Positions 1-9,355 of a stretch of DNA of 64,000 nucleotides are shown here, piece after piece. The notes beneath the pieces are model-generated. The model worked only from the letters and a program-made list of their open reading frames with translations, was not told the origin of the DNA and searched no databases. Location: the NCBI GenBank assembly GCA_040754655.1, contig JBFMCE010000001.1, positions 9,997-73,996 of the forward strand, given 5' to 3'. The first letter of the stretch is position 1, and the number at the start of each line of letters is the position of its first letter. This DNA comes from Bdellovibrionota bacterium. Its GTDB lineage: Bacteria; Bdellovibrionota; UBA1018; UBA923. Both the position numbers and the translations under genes were made by a program.

Positions 1-43
1 GAAGACAGCGCTGGCGGCTCGTGAAACGAAAGAGACGCAAGGC

Positions 44-1792
44 GTGCGAGGAACCAAGGCTTTCGTTGAAGACATCGTTAAAGCGAGGAAAGCCCAGGGC
101 GAGCTTAGAACCCGGCAGGAAGAAGATTCGGCGCGCGCTGAGCTTGAATTTACGGCGCTTACCGACCATGGCTTTTTGCAAAAAGTTATCTTAAGGGTGC
201 TTGCGGCCAAAAAAATCAGTGATGCGTCGGCCATTCGAGCAACCCTGGAAGCGACCCCTGGCCGATTGAAGGAAAACGACTTTAGTTTGATTCATGACAT
301 CGTGAATACGCTGGTGCGTGAGATTGATCCTGACCTTGATTACAACGAGAGAAGCGAGATTCCCGAGTTAGCGAAAGAGTTTGGCTACAAAGACACGGTT
401 GAAGGGCGTCGGGAATACAGAGAGTTCGTGACTCTCTGGAGGACTCATCAGCGCCAGAACTTTAGGCTCGTAGGGATTCTGGTCACCGACCTTCTCGTAG
501 AAGTGTCAAAACCTTTCATTGATCAAGTGATCGCTCTACGAGGCGGGGCCTTAAAGAGGCTCTTGGTGCGGGTCGAGCCCGCGGAGCTGCTTGAACGCAA
601 GCAGCTCGTCAATCTCGGGAATGTGAAGCTTGGTAAGGAAGAGGCTTATAACTCGAAAGAGCTTTTTGATTATCTTGACTCGTCACATGAAGCCTTTGTG
701 AATTACTTCGTCGTCACGAACCTGCAGTATCTGACGCCAACGCAATTGGTATCGCTATTGAAACGCCACGGGAAGGTTTTGACGAAAGAGGCGAGGGAGG
801 AAGCTGAGGCTCATGTCTACGATTCTCTGATCCAGAAACTCGAAAATAGCATGGCGGGCGCATATCACCCCGGTGAAGCGGGTGAAGCGATGGCGTCGCT
901 GAAAGACTTTTTCGGCGTCGCAACGAAATACAACTATGAGGGTTTCGTGCCGACTTATGGTTCCCGTCTCAGGCTCGAAGAGCTTGATGGGCTTATTGGC
1001 CTAGAAGCCTTTGGCAGGCTTCCAGCGGATGTGCAAGAAAAGGTTCAGTACCAGCGCTTGGTTGCTTTTTATGAGCATGTCATTGAGCGCGTGAAAGGGC
1101 AGGGCAAGAGAGCGTTTTCGCGTGATGCGCTTTTGAAGCTCTTTGATCAAAGGGCAAATGAGATCGATCAGAGGAAGGGCGCGGTAAATAACCCTCTACT
1201 GCAAATGCAGCTCGAACTCATGGCGGCTTTCTTGAATAGCGAGCACGGGCATCATAGGCCTGCAGAGAACCCGAATTACAGCGCTTGTAAAAACTGCGAA
1301 GTCGAAGGGGCGACTTATGAGCTCAGCATCCTTAAAAAGATGAGTGAGATGGCTCAGCGTTCATATGAAGCGTTGAGGGCGGGCGTGGACTTAAGTCCTC
1401 CTGCACCGGAAGGTGTTTTGAGGGCGTTTGACTTGGCTATTCAGCGGAACGAAGCGATCCTTGAAAAGGTTGAAGCAAGTCCCAAGAAAACTTTTCCCAA
1501 TACGAATCCAAGGGCAGGCGGTTCTGGCGGCGAGATTTATGTTCTTGGGGCCTACGCGCAAAACATTATTGAAGCGACGAAGATTCAAGAGGGGCTTACG
1601 AGCCCCTATCAAAAAGACCTCATCGAATTTTTCGTCTTGATCTCGCGCGCGGAGATGCATCGCTACGAAAGCGGATATTCGAGCATCACTAAGGAAGGCG
1701 CGATAAGGCTCTTGAAAAAAGCGAATTTCATCTTAGTCGACATGCAAACCATTCTGTCCGGGCGAACCCTGCCGGGAGCGCCCATAGAGTGA
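44..1792 (+). CDS. large hypothetical protein; the reading frame is open back to base 2, so it may be 5'-partial
   Basis: Long ORF with no stop between base 2 and the first start codon (GTG at 44). No recognisable motifs and no signal peptide in the visible part. Confidence 0.5.
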   Translation: MRGTKAFVEDIVKARKAQGELRTRQEEDSARAELEFTALTDHGFLQKVILRVLAAKKISDASAIRATLEATPGRLKENDFSLIHDIVNTLVREIDPDLDYNERSEIPELAKEFGYKDTVEGRREYREFVTLWRTHQRQNFRLVGILVTDLLVEVSKPFIDQVIALRGGALKRLLVRVEPAELLERKQLVNLGNVKLGKEEAYNSKELFDYLDSSHEAFVNYFVVTNLQYLTPTQLVSLLKRHGKVLTKEAREEAEAHVYDSLIQKLENSMAGAYHPGEAGEAMASLKDFFGVATKYNYEGFVPTYGSRLRLEELDGLIGLEAFGRLPADVQEKVQYQRLVAFYEHVIERVKGQGKRAFSRDALLKLFDQRANEIDQRKGAVNNPLLQMQLELMAAFLNSEHGHHRPAENPNYSACKNCEVEGATYELSILKKMSEMAQRSYEALRAGVDLSPPAPEGVLRAFDLAIQRNEAILEKVEASPKKTFPNTNPRAGGSGGEIYVLGAYAQNIIEATKIQEGLTSPYQKDLIEFFVLISRAEMHRYESGYSSITKEGAIRLLKKANFILVDMQTILSGRTLPGAPIE

Positions 1793-1830
1793 GATTCGAA
1801 GTTAAGGAAACATACGGAGTACGAGGCAAA

Positions 1831-2784
1831 ATGAGAAAAACAGTATTGATCATCCTGTTGAGCGTTCTGGGTTTGAGCTTTTCCGGTTGCGGTGACAAGA
1901 ACCCGCAGGTCATTCATCCTTGCCTTGAGCTAGAGAAGAAAACACAGGTTGCCAAGGGTAAGACAGAGCAAGAAGCTAATATCGCGAAACAGGGTTACGA
2001 GTATCAGCGCAGAGGGTGTCAGGCCGGGGCTCAGTTTTCGAACGCGATGGCAATGACTTTGTTTTCAAGTGAGGTGCCGATTTTCCCGGAAGTGCTTTCC
2101 CGATATGGGAAGCATTATTGCGAGAATCTTCCGAAGCAGTTGTTGAAAAAGGAAGCGCGTTCAATGGGAGCGAGAAACTTTGAGAAAGATGTCGTCGAAG
2201 GTTGCCTTGAAGGGTCTGAACAGAGCGTCGAGAAATCTCCGCTCATCACGAAGCTCTATCAACCCGAAGGCAGGCCTCAGGCCAGCCCAGGGCTGGCGAC
2301 GGATCCAAAGGTTGATGCGGCCTATGCTCAAGCCCGTCAGATGGTCGATCGCATGGCGGTGAAAACCCGGAACCTTGACGAGGCGATTCATAAACTCAAT
2401 AGGCGTCAGCAAGCTTTGAACGCGAGAGATTATGCTCAATCGCGACTTAGCAGTGCCAAGAGCCAAGACGTGGCTGCCAAGGCGCGCCATGATCTTCTTC
2501 ATGCCGATAGCGCGGGCATTTTTTCAAGAAGAGATGCGGCGCGTGCCGACGAAACCGATGCTCTGCAAGCTTTGAATGTCGTGAAGACCAGGGTGAGACC
2601 TCGTGAAGAAGAGTATCAGAGAGCAAAAGCCAGGGAGCATGAAGCCCAATTTGCGGAAACACTCGCTTCAACCCGCCTTGCTGAAATCAAGGCGGGGATC
2701 GAGTCGGCTAAATCCAGGGCGAAGAGCAATAATCAGGAGGCGGACCGTCTCTTTAAAAAAGCGAAAGAACTTGATTCGGAATAA
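1831..2784 (+). CDS. coiled-coil lipoprotein (hypothetical)
   Basis: Start moved to the internal Met MRKTVLIILLSVLGLSFSGC, giving a signal peptide and lipobox (LSFSGC). The remainder is charged, helical and low in complexity. Sits 40 nt after the upstream gene. Confidence 0.55.
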   Translation: MRKTVLIILLSVLGLSFSGCGDKNPQVIHPCLELEKKTQVAKGKTEQEANIAKQGYEYQRRGCQAGAQFSNAMAMTLFSSEVPIFPEVLSRYGKHYCENLPKQLLKKEARSMGARNFEKDVVEGCLEGSEQSVEKSPLITKLYQPEGRPQASPGLATDPKVDAAYAQARQMVDRMAVKTRNLDEAIHKLNRRQQALNARDYAQSRLSSAKSQDVAAKARHDLLHADSAGIFSRRDAARADETDALQALNVVKTRVRPREEEYQRAKAREHEAQFAETLASTRLAEIKAGIESAKSRAKSNNQEADRLFKKAKELDSE

Positions 2785-2808
2785 GCCGAAACGCCAAGGA
2801 GTACGAAG

Positions 2809-4053
2809 ATGAAGAATCAAACGAATTTAAATTTTTTAAAACCAATCCTTTTGGCGGGTATTTTGTGCGCAGTGTTTGCCGGCTGTGAAAAAGAGGAAGA
2901 AGTCACGAACCATATCCGAAAGACAGCTTGTGAGACTTTCAATGGGTCTGCGCTGAAAACTGATTGCGATCATGGCGTCATGTTCGCTTACGAAGCCGCG
3001 AAGGCATGGCACAAAGAGAAAATGCCTGTTGATCCGGCGGCTGTGTTCCATGCAGCTCTGGTCAAGTGCGTGAATGAAAAAGGGCCAAAACCAGAACTCA
3101 AGGTCAAGGGTAACGCCGATCAGTTGATGGCTTGTAACATTGGGATCTATGAGGCATTGAGCTTTCATGAGCAGACGTTGGCTTTGATCAAGATTGAGGC
3201 GATGGCTCTGGTTCAGGCGAGGCCTTCCATTTTCGCTGAAGCGGCGGTTCAAAATTTTTCCGAGATCCCCGCTTGTTTGTCGCAACAGACCCGACCAGAG
3301 CTTAATCCAGCTTGGACAGGTGGCTGCGTCGGTTTGTCTGATTTTTCAGGTGAACAACTGTATATCATTGCGCGCGAGGTTCAGGCGCATCAAGGACAGA
3401 TCTTGGTGAAGGCTGAAGAACATCTCAAAGAAGCCATCGCTCTTGAAGAGGAAAAAAGGAGATTCGACGCAGAGACGGCTGAAGTCGAGCGGTCGATCGC
3501 CGAGTGGAATCGAAAAAAGCAAAACTTGGAAACTGCTTTACAACAGACGAGCCTTTCTCAAGACAGGACTTCCGCGTATCGAGAGGAAAAGCGGCAACTT
3601 GAGCTTGCGGAGGTGACTTATCCAGAGAGAATCAAGGCCGCCGATTGGAATACGGCCTCAGCAGTCGCGCAAACGCTTCTTTTGAATAATGAATTCTCAA
3701 GCCTTCAAGACGACCTGGAAGATGCGAAAGCAAAGGAGAAAAGGTCTGAAGACAATCTTGCTAGCGCGAAGAGCAAATACAAGAAAGCTAAAGCGGCGAA
3801 AGACCAACGTGATGAGGAGAAAGCCGAGGAAGAAAGAAGGAAGGCTGCCGCTGAAAGACGGAAGCAAGAGGAAGAAGAACAACAAAATCGCTCGAACACG
3901 GCTTGGCCTAGCGGTGGAGGGGGTGGCCTAGGCGGTGGAAACAAGAATCAAGGCGGCGGATCTTCGCGCGGCAGCAATTATAGCGGTGACGAAGAGTCTG
4001 ACAAACCTTCGGGTTCGGGTAGCGGCGGTACATCACGAGGTTCTCGCTACTAA
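2809..4053 (+). CDS. lipoprotein with a coiled-coil region and a Gly/Ser-rich C-terminal tail (hypothetical)
   Basis: N-terminus MKNQ...LLAGILCAVFAGC gives a signal peptide and lipobox. Has a long K/E/R-rich helical region and a GGGGGLGGGNKNQGGG tail. An AAGGAG-like RBS lies upstream. Confidence 0.6.
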   Translation: MKNQTNLNFLKPILLAGILCAVFAGCEKEEEVTNHIRKTACETFNGSALKTDCDHGVMFAYEAAKAWHKEKMPVDPAAVFHAALVKCVNEKGPKPELKVKGNADQLMACNIGIYEALSFHEQTLALIKIEAMALVQARPSIFAEAAVQNFSEIPACLSQQTRPELNPAWTGGCVGLSDFSGEQLYIIAREVQAHQGQILVKAEEHLKEAIALEEEKRRFDAETAEVERSIAEWNRKKQNLETALQQTSLSQDRTSAYREEKRQLELAEVTYPERIKAADWNTASAVAQTLLLNNEFSSLQDDLEDAKAKEKRSEDNLASAKSKYKKAKAAKDQRDEEKAEEERRKAAAERRKQEEEEQQNRSNTAWPSGGGGGLGGGNKNQGGGSSRGSNYSGDEESDKPSGSGSGGTSRGSRY

Positions 4054-4148
4054 ATTTGAAATTCAAAACAATGTTTTGAGAGAGCGGTCTGCTTGCCGTC
4101 ATTGTTGGTTAACAATACGCGAGTTTGACCAGCCTTTGTTTGAGTTGA

Positions 4149-4781
4149 TTGGCCTACAAACTGCATAAATCCGCGGAGTCATTTCAACGGTTGGGGGAGC
4201 TTTTTATGGCTTATCAGCTTGAATTTGCGGAGGAGCGCGTACTGCGGGACGAGTGTGCACGCCAGATTGGCCGCCACAAGGGATCTGCGGTTGAACTGAG
4301 GCGCGCCTATGATGCATTGAACGAGCTGGCCGTGATATCCCAATCCGTGGTGAGCCAGGCTTACAACGAATACAGACAAATTTACCTCGAGGCATTTCAA
4401 ATCTACAATCGTGGAGATTTGCAAAATGCAGAGGTTCTGGCCCGCGCCGTGAAACATCTTTGTCGGGCGGCATGGTTCGATGCGAAGATTAAGCAACTTG
4501 AAAGCCATAGCGAGGATTTGCCTCATCTGCCTGGGCTGAATGAAAGCCCATTAAGTGGAATTGAGCAGGGAATTTTTGAAGTTGAAAGTAGACTGTCTCG
4601 ACTGAAGCTTACGGGTCTCAGCGACCGGTTTGGGGGGCGCGCCCGAAAACACTTGCAGTGCATTAGAATGCTCGCCGACCGAAACTCGCTTCTCGCCGAC
4701 ACTTTCATGAAGGCAGCTTACGAATACTGTTTGGCCACCGAGATGCTGCATAAGATCGAATTCAAAGTAGCTGCAGCGTGA
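4149..4781 (+). CDS. hypothetical protein (cytoplasmic); the alternative start at 4206 is plausible
   Basis: 210-aa ORF, same strand as its neighbours, with no motif recognised. Confidence 0.45.
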   Translation: MAYKLHKSAESFQRLGELFMAYQLEFAEERVLRDECARQIGRHKGSAVELRRAYDALNELAVISQSVVSQAYNEYRQIYLEAFQIYNRGDLQNAEVLARAVKHLCRAAWFDAKIKQLESHSEDLPHLPGLNESPLSGIEQGIFEVESRLSRLKLTGLSDRFGGRARKHLQCIRMLADRNSLLADTFMKAAYEYCLATEMLHKIEFKVAAA

Positions 4782-4831
4782 CTTAGCCAGGCCTCTACTG
4801 ATTTCGTGAGTTCCAGCCGAAAAGCAAACTG

Positions 4832-6091
4832 ATGAATATCATGATGCGGCTAGGAATTTTTTTCCTGCTATTTGCCGTTCACGCATACGCTCAGGTAAAG
4901 ATCGACACCGTCGTCAAAGACGACGAATCGGGAGTACGGTATCAGACTCGTTCAGAATTAGGACATGGCGCCGAGGGAACGGTTTATAAAGTCGAAGAAC
5001 TGGCGCCCGATGGCACTTCGACCGGAAGGCACTGGGCTCTTAAGGTGATTGGTTCCGAGTTCCCATATTACGACCATTTTCGAGGACCTCGCATCGTAGC
5101 GCAATTGAGAGCGGAAAATCCTGAAAGCAAGGAACTCGATTTCTTCATTGCCGAAAGGCCCATTTCGCATTTAAGCGCCGTAGCCAATGGAAAAGAGACC
5201 CAGGTCGGAAAGGCGCTCCTTTCGGAGCTGCTTCCAGGGGTGAATATCTATTTATTGGGTAGGTGGTTTAAACTGTTTGATTTTCAAACAGGAGACCTAA
5301 TATCTGCCGACCCGAAAGAAATAGAGCAACGAGTGCGTACCTTGTTCTTGCTGGCGCACGATAGCGTGGTGCCTTTGGATTATCTCGCGAAAAAAGGGTA
5401 TGTTTTTCGTGACTACAAGCGCGCAAACATCTTGATACATCCAGGTCCTTCTCCACACTTCAAGTTGATAGATACGGGCATGGTTGAATCGCTAGAGCAT
5501 ATCAAAAATACGAAGGAACGGGCGGGCACTCCTCCTTTCATCGCGCCCGAAACGCTGGCTGATCCATTCAATCAAGACGCAATTGGCGAATTCTTGGACC
5601 GTTATTCAATTGCGCTCAATCTCTGGAGTGTCGCAACAGATTATAATGGATACCGTTTTTCACTGGATCTCGGGACCGAGCTTGTAAAGCGTCCGGAGAT
5701 TCTGGAAAAAGTGAGGATTAATTTGAAAACACTTCATGAGTCGGGCCAGCTTTCTGAAGAAGCTTTAAGGCAGTTTGAATTCCTGAATAGATTCATCGTT
5801 TCGGCGCAGTCGCTAAATCCTTCTGAAAGAGGTGTGGTCAAGGCAGAAGATTTCAAGGCATTTGACGTGGATAAGATCAGAGAAGAGACATCCGGCTATT
5901 TGCGCATGCTTTCCACTCGGCCCCCGGAGGACGTGATTTATCAGCTCCCGCCAAACAGGTCCATGAAGATTATTCAAGGCGAGAAGGAAGCTCCTCCTCC
6001 CAAGGCAGCTAAGACCGGCGCCTTTGCCAATATGAGATGCAAACTAAGGAATATGGTACAGGCGATAAAGGGTTGGGCTCATTTGAAATAA
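4832..6091 (+). CDS. exported eukaryote-like Ser/Thr protein kinase domain protein
   Basis: Signal peptide MNIMMRLGIFFLLFAVHAYAQ. Kinase subdomains are present: glycine-rich loop LGHGAEGTVYKV (GxGxxG), ALKVIG (VAIK lysine), catalytic loop FRDYKRANIL (HRDLKxxN-like, with the Asp and Asn kept), LIDTGM (DFG-like Asp), and GTPPFIAPE (APE). Confidence 0.65.
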   Translation: MNIMMRLGIFFLLFAVHAYAQVKIDTVVKDDESGVRYQTRSELGHGAEGTVYKVEELAPDGTSTGRHWALKVIGSEFPYYDHFRGPRIVAQLRAENPESKELDFFIAERPISHLSAVANGKETQVGKALLSELLPGVNIYLLGRWFKLFDFQTGDLISADPKEIEQRVRTLFLLAHDSVVPLDYLAKKGYVFRDYKRANILIHPGPSPHFKLIDTGMVESLEHIKNTKERAGTPPFIAPETLADPFNQDAIGEFLDRYSIALNLWSVATDYNGYRFSLDLGTELVKRPEILEKVRINLKTLHESGQLSEEALRQFEFLNRFIVSAQSLNPSERGVVKAEDFKAFDVDKIREETSGYLRMLSTRPPEDVIYQLPPNRSMKIIQGEKEAPPPKAAKTGAFANMRCKLRNMVQAIKGWAHLK

Positions 6092-6236
6092 GAAATGCGC
6101 GAAAGGGCAAGCCTCGGTCACGCTTAAGATTTAAGTGCATTTTGGGGGGCCGCACCTTTGGCAGCCAGCCGTGCCGACTGCATCAGGCGCAGCCCTTTGA
6201 TCAAAATTTAAAAACCATTGTATAAATGCGATGCCC

Positions 6237-6503
6237 TTAGACCGCCCCTGAACGCTGGAAGGAATCCGAAGATTCGTAAACGTCGCTCTGCGGGCCGGTG
6301 AAGGTTCTCATGCCCGACTGGTAGCCTTGATTCTGAAATTGACGTACTAGGGCCCAAATTCCAAGGCCAGCGCCTAATAGCAATACTCCGATGCCGGCGT
6401 ACATCAAAGGACGGTTGTATTGCAGTTCTTCGACCACATCACGCGAATCAAGGTTCTGCAGCTTGTCTTTGATGTTGTCGATCTTGCTCATGGTGTCTGT
6501 CAT
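6237..6503 (-). CDS. small membrane-anchored protein, ElaB/DUF883-like
   Basis: Start moved to MTDTMSK, which has a GGAG RBS 8 nt upstream. N-terminal coiled coil followed by one TM helix (MYAGIGVLLLGAGLGIWALV), typical of the ElaB/YqjD family. Confidence 0.4.
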   Translation of the reverse strand: MTDTMSKIDNIKDKLQNLDSRDVVEELQYNRPLMYAGIGVLLLGAGLGIWALVRQFQNQGYQSGMRTFTGPQSDVYESSDSFQRSGAV

Positions 6504-6650
6504 AAAAATCTCCTTTTGAAAGTTAGTGGCACCAAGTGCAATTGGTATACCCTGGCGCGACGCAGGTTTGAGGAACTGATGCACTTGCGAGATTGAATTG
6601 AAAAGCCGATCTTCCCGAGTTATACAGCCGGCCAAAGAGAGGTTTTTAAA

Positions 6651-7100
6651 ATGAGTGGCACTTCTGGAGTTGAGATCCCAAATCGAGAGCAGATCTTAGA
6701 TAAACTAAATGAGTTGTTAGAATTTGAGCTTAGCGGCATCACCCGCTATTTGCATTACTCGTTCATGATTTTCGGACCAAACAGGATTCCGATCACGGGC
6801 TGGCTTCGCAGCCAAGCGCAAGATGGAATGGCGCACGCCACCGAAGTCGGTGAATGGATCACGGCGTATGGCGGGCATCCCACGTTAAAAGTTCGGCCGA
6901 CTCCTGAGAGTCACAAACATGACGTTAAAAGCATCTTGCTCGAGAGCATTGAATTCGAGCGCGAAGGATTGAATAAGTATCTTGATCTCTTGAAAATGCT
7001 CGATGGCAAAAACCTTGTTGCAATGGAGGAATGGGTTCGCGGTCTCATCCGCCAAGAACAAGAACACATCTTTGAAATGGATAAGATGTTGCGGGTCTAA
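6651..7100 (+). CDS. bacterioferritin-like ferritin-family protein
   Basis: Pattern ILDKLNELLEFELSGITRYLHYSFM...E..H...E..H resembles the Bfr di-iron site. Length 149 aa. Confidence 0.55.
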   Translation: MSGTSGVEIPNREQILDKLNELLEFELSGITRYLHYSFMIFGPNRIPITGWLRSQAQDGMAHATEVGEWITAYGGHPTLKVRPTPESHKHDVKSILLESIEFEREGLNKYLDLLKMLDGKNLVAMEEWVRGLIRQEQEHIFEMDKMLRV

Positions 7101-7155
7101 GTGAGTATGGGAGGGGCCCGACAACGCGAGCCAGATGCGGTGTTTAACGGCCCCT

Positions 7156-8211
7156 CTAATTTCCGTGTTCGTCTTGGATGTCTCCGACCAGATCTTCCAA
7201 AACATCTTCCAACGTTACTATGCCGATATTCTTTTTACTCTGAGGGTCCTGGACGATAGCGAGATGGCCTCGCTTCCCTTGGAGGATTTTCAAGAGCTGG
7301 TCTTGCCTCACATTGGAATCAACGAAAGTTGCCGGACGGCAGCTGATCGAGAAAGCTTCATTAGAGAAATTCGAGAGCAGCAGAGGCCAGACGTCTTTCA
7401 TGTGCACGGTTCCCAGAACAGTATCAAAATCTTTCTCGCATAATGGGAATCGGGTATGCATGTGGCGGCGAATAGTGACGAGATTCTGGTCTAACGGTCG
7501 CGCCATTGAGATGTAGTCAACGACCTCGGCGTGAATCATGATATCAGCGGCTCGCTTGTCGGCAAACCCGAAGGCGCGGTTGATGATTTGGGCTTCGCTC
7601 TCGGTAATCACTCCTTCTTCTCGCGACTCTTTCATGACAAGCTTGAGTTCTTGTTCGGTCAGCGGCGGCTCTTCAAAGCCGGCATAGCCGAGTCTGTGCA
7701 AGACAAAGACGGCCAGCGAGTTGAATGCCCAGATCAAAGGTTTCGACACCTTGTAAAAAAGGCGCAATGGCTTAGATACCCGAAGGGCCATTTTTTCGGC
7801 GTTTTGAATCGCCATGCTCTTTGGTACCAGCTCGCCTAAAACAACGTGTAGTAGCGTGATCGTGAAGAACGAGATCACCGAAGCAACGACATGATGGCCA
7901 CCGCCAGCGTCACGGAAGGCCGGAACAAAAATGAGAAGAAGATTTGCGAAAGCGGCTTCTCCGATCCATCCAAGTGCGAGGCTGACCAGCGTGATGCCGA
8001 GTTGGGTGGCGGACAGGTATTCATCAAGTTTATCGACGCAAAGTATAGATACCCTTGCGCTGGCCACTCCCATGCCGGCGAGTTCTTCCAGGCGCGTTCT
8101 TCGCACCTTGACGATGGCGAATTCAGCTGCGACGAAAAAACCGTTTAATGCGACAAGAGTGAGAGATGCCAAGATGCCGAGAATGACGAGCATCGGGTTA
8201 GAGTCATGCAC
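7156..8211 (-). CDS. HlyC/CorC family transporter (CNNM transmembrane domain, CBS pair, CorC_HlyC domain)
   Basis: N-terminus MLVILGILASLTLVALNGFFVAAEFAIVKVRRTRLEEL is the classic CNNM/DUF21 start. A CBS region and a C-terminal transporter-associated domain follow. Confidence 0.8.
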   Translation of the reverse strand: MHDSNPMLVILGILASLTLVALNGFFVAAEFAIVKVRRTRLEELAGMGVASARVSILCVDKLDEYLSATQLGITLVSLALGWIGEAAFANLLLIFVPAFRDAGGGHHVVASVISFFTITLLHVVLGELVPKSMAIQNAEKMALRVSKPLRLFYKVSKPLIWAFNSLAVFVLHRLGYAGFEEPPLTEQELKLVMKESREEGVITESEAQIINRAFGFADKRAADIMIHAEVVDYISMARPLDQNLVTIRRHMHTRFPLCEKDFDTVLGTVHMKDVWPLLLSNFSNEAFSISCRPATFVDSNVRQDQLLKILQGKRGHLAIVQDPQSKKNIGIVTLEDVLEDLVGDIQDEHGN

Positions 8212-8326
8212 AACCTGCAGAAACTTATCGAGTACCTATGAGGTTGTCAAACAAGCCACTTCATGGCTCATCCGTAAAAGACCGCCTGTTTGCTCGAAAG
8301 GCTCTGAACGACTATACTTACAAGTC

Positions 8327-8674
8327 ATGATTGCTTTGAAGACGGTAGCGCTGCTCTTATTGAGCAATATTTTTATGACGTTCGCATGGTACGGCCACCT
8401 TCGGTTCAAGTCGAAGGCCTTGCTTTTGGTGATCTTGGCTTCATGGGGTATCGCTTTTTTTGAATACTGCTTACAAGTACCGGCAAATCGCATAGGACAC
8501 GGTTTTTTCAGTGCGCCGCAACTTAAGGTATTGCAGGAGGCGATTACATTTGGCGTATTTATCGTTTTCAGCTGGATCTATCTGAAAGAAAGACCCACGT
8601 TTTATGACCACCTTTCGTTTTTATTGATAATCATTGCAGTGGCGATAAGCCTATTCCAACCCAGAGCCTCTTAG
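8327..8674 (+). CDS. DMT-superfamily small membrane protein (DUF486-like)
   Basis: The six-frame ORF 7931-8674 runs antisense to the CorC gene. The true gene is taken to start at the ATG at 8327 (MIALKTVALLLL...). Four predicted TM helices, about 115 aa. Confidence 0.5.
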   Translation: MIALKTVALLLLSNIFMTFAWYGHLRFKSKALLLVILASWGIAFFEYCLQVPANRIGHGFFSAPQLKVLQEAITFGVFIVFSWIYLKERPTFYDHLSFLLIIIAVAISLFQPRAS

Positions 8675-8784
8675 CTCGGGTGTAACTACTTGAAATTAAA
8701 TGATTTTATTCTTTAATTTCCACTGCTTATAATCATTACACGATCGTAATATTTTAGGTGCAAATTGGGTCTAAGATGAGTATA

Positions 8785-8808
8785 AAACAATACAAAAAAG
8801 TATTGTTT
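8785..8808. promoter_or_regulatory. perfect palindrome AAACAATAC-N6-GTATTGTTT in the AT-rich leader upstream of the rrf2-suf operon; candidate Rrf2 operator
   Basis: Read directly from the sequence, 50 to 73 nt upstream of the rrf2 start in an AT-rich promoter region. Confidence 0.5.
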
Positions 8809-8857
8809 CTTTGAATTCCATTGTGAATCAAAGGTAAAAGTTTGTCGGAGGGCTTCT

Positions 8858-9355
8858 ATGCACGTATCGCCATTAGAAGAATATGCACTGCGGTGTGCGA
8901 TGCAACTGGCTAAAGTACAGCCAGAAGAACCTATTCCTGCGTCAAAAATTGCAGAGTCTGAAGGCATCTCGGTCGAGTACGTCAGTAAGATCATGTACCT
9001 GTTTCGCCGTGCTGGGATCGTTGAGTCGACTCGTGGCGTTCAAGGTGGCTTTCGTTTGACCCGCAACCCGGGAAAACTCGCCGTAAAAGAGATTTTTGAT
9101 TCGCTTCAGCACAATAAAAAGAAATTCGAAGAAGATTTTTGCAATCAGTTTGCGGGTCAGGCGTCGCAATGCGTGCACTTGAACTGCTGTTCGATTCGCC
9201 CGGTATGGCAAATCTTATCAAGTTACTTTGATGAAATGCTCACTGGTTTGACTCTCGCCGATTTAATGGCTCCGTCAGCCGATATCGTTCGAGGAAGAAT
9301 CCAGGAGTTGGCGCTTCAAAAGGCGCAAGCCCTTAAAGTTGGAGGAGTGATCTAG
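8858..9355 (+). CDS. Rrf2 family transcriptional regulator (IscR/SufR-like)
   Basis: N-terminal HTH with YALRCAMQLA...IAESEGISVEYVSKIMYLFRRAGIVESTRGVQGGFRL, which is the Rrf2 signature. Sits immediately upstream of sufC. Confidence 0.8.
   Translation: MHVSPLEEYALRCAMQLAKVQPEEPIPASKIAESEGISVEYVSKIMYLFRRAGIVESTRGVQGGFRLTRNPGKLAVKEIFDSLQHNKKKFEEDFCNQFAGQASQCVHLNCCSIRPVWQILSSYFDEMLTGLTLADLMAPSADIVRGRIQELALQKAQALKVGGVI

Noticed and set aside
3697-3944. Antisense ORFs with poly-Pro and poly-Leu/Phe translations inside the lipoprotein gene
   Set aside because: They are the complement of the K/E-rich coiled-coil codons (GAA/AAG repeats), so they are compositional artefacts.
6092-6236. GC-rich intergenic region after the kinase gene (ggggggccgcacctttggcagccagccgtgccgactgc)
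   Set aside because: I considered a structured ncRNA or terminator. No convincing stem-loop or conserved motif could be built by eye.
7931-8674. 247-aa plus-strand ORF spanning 7931-8674
   Set aside because: Its first 400 nt are antisense to the well-supported CorC/HlyC gene and have a low-complexity Ser/Arg-rich translation. Only the 3' part (8327-8674) looks like a real gene, the DUF486 membrane protein.
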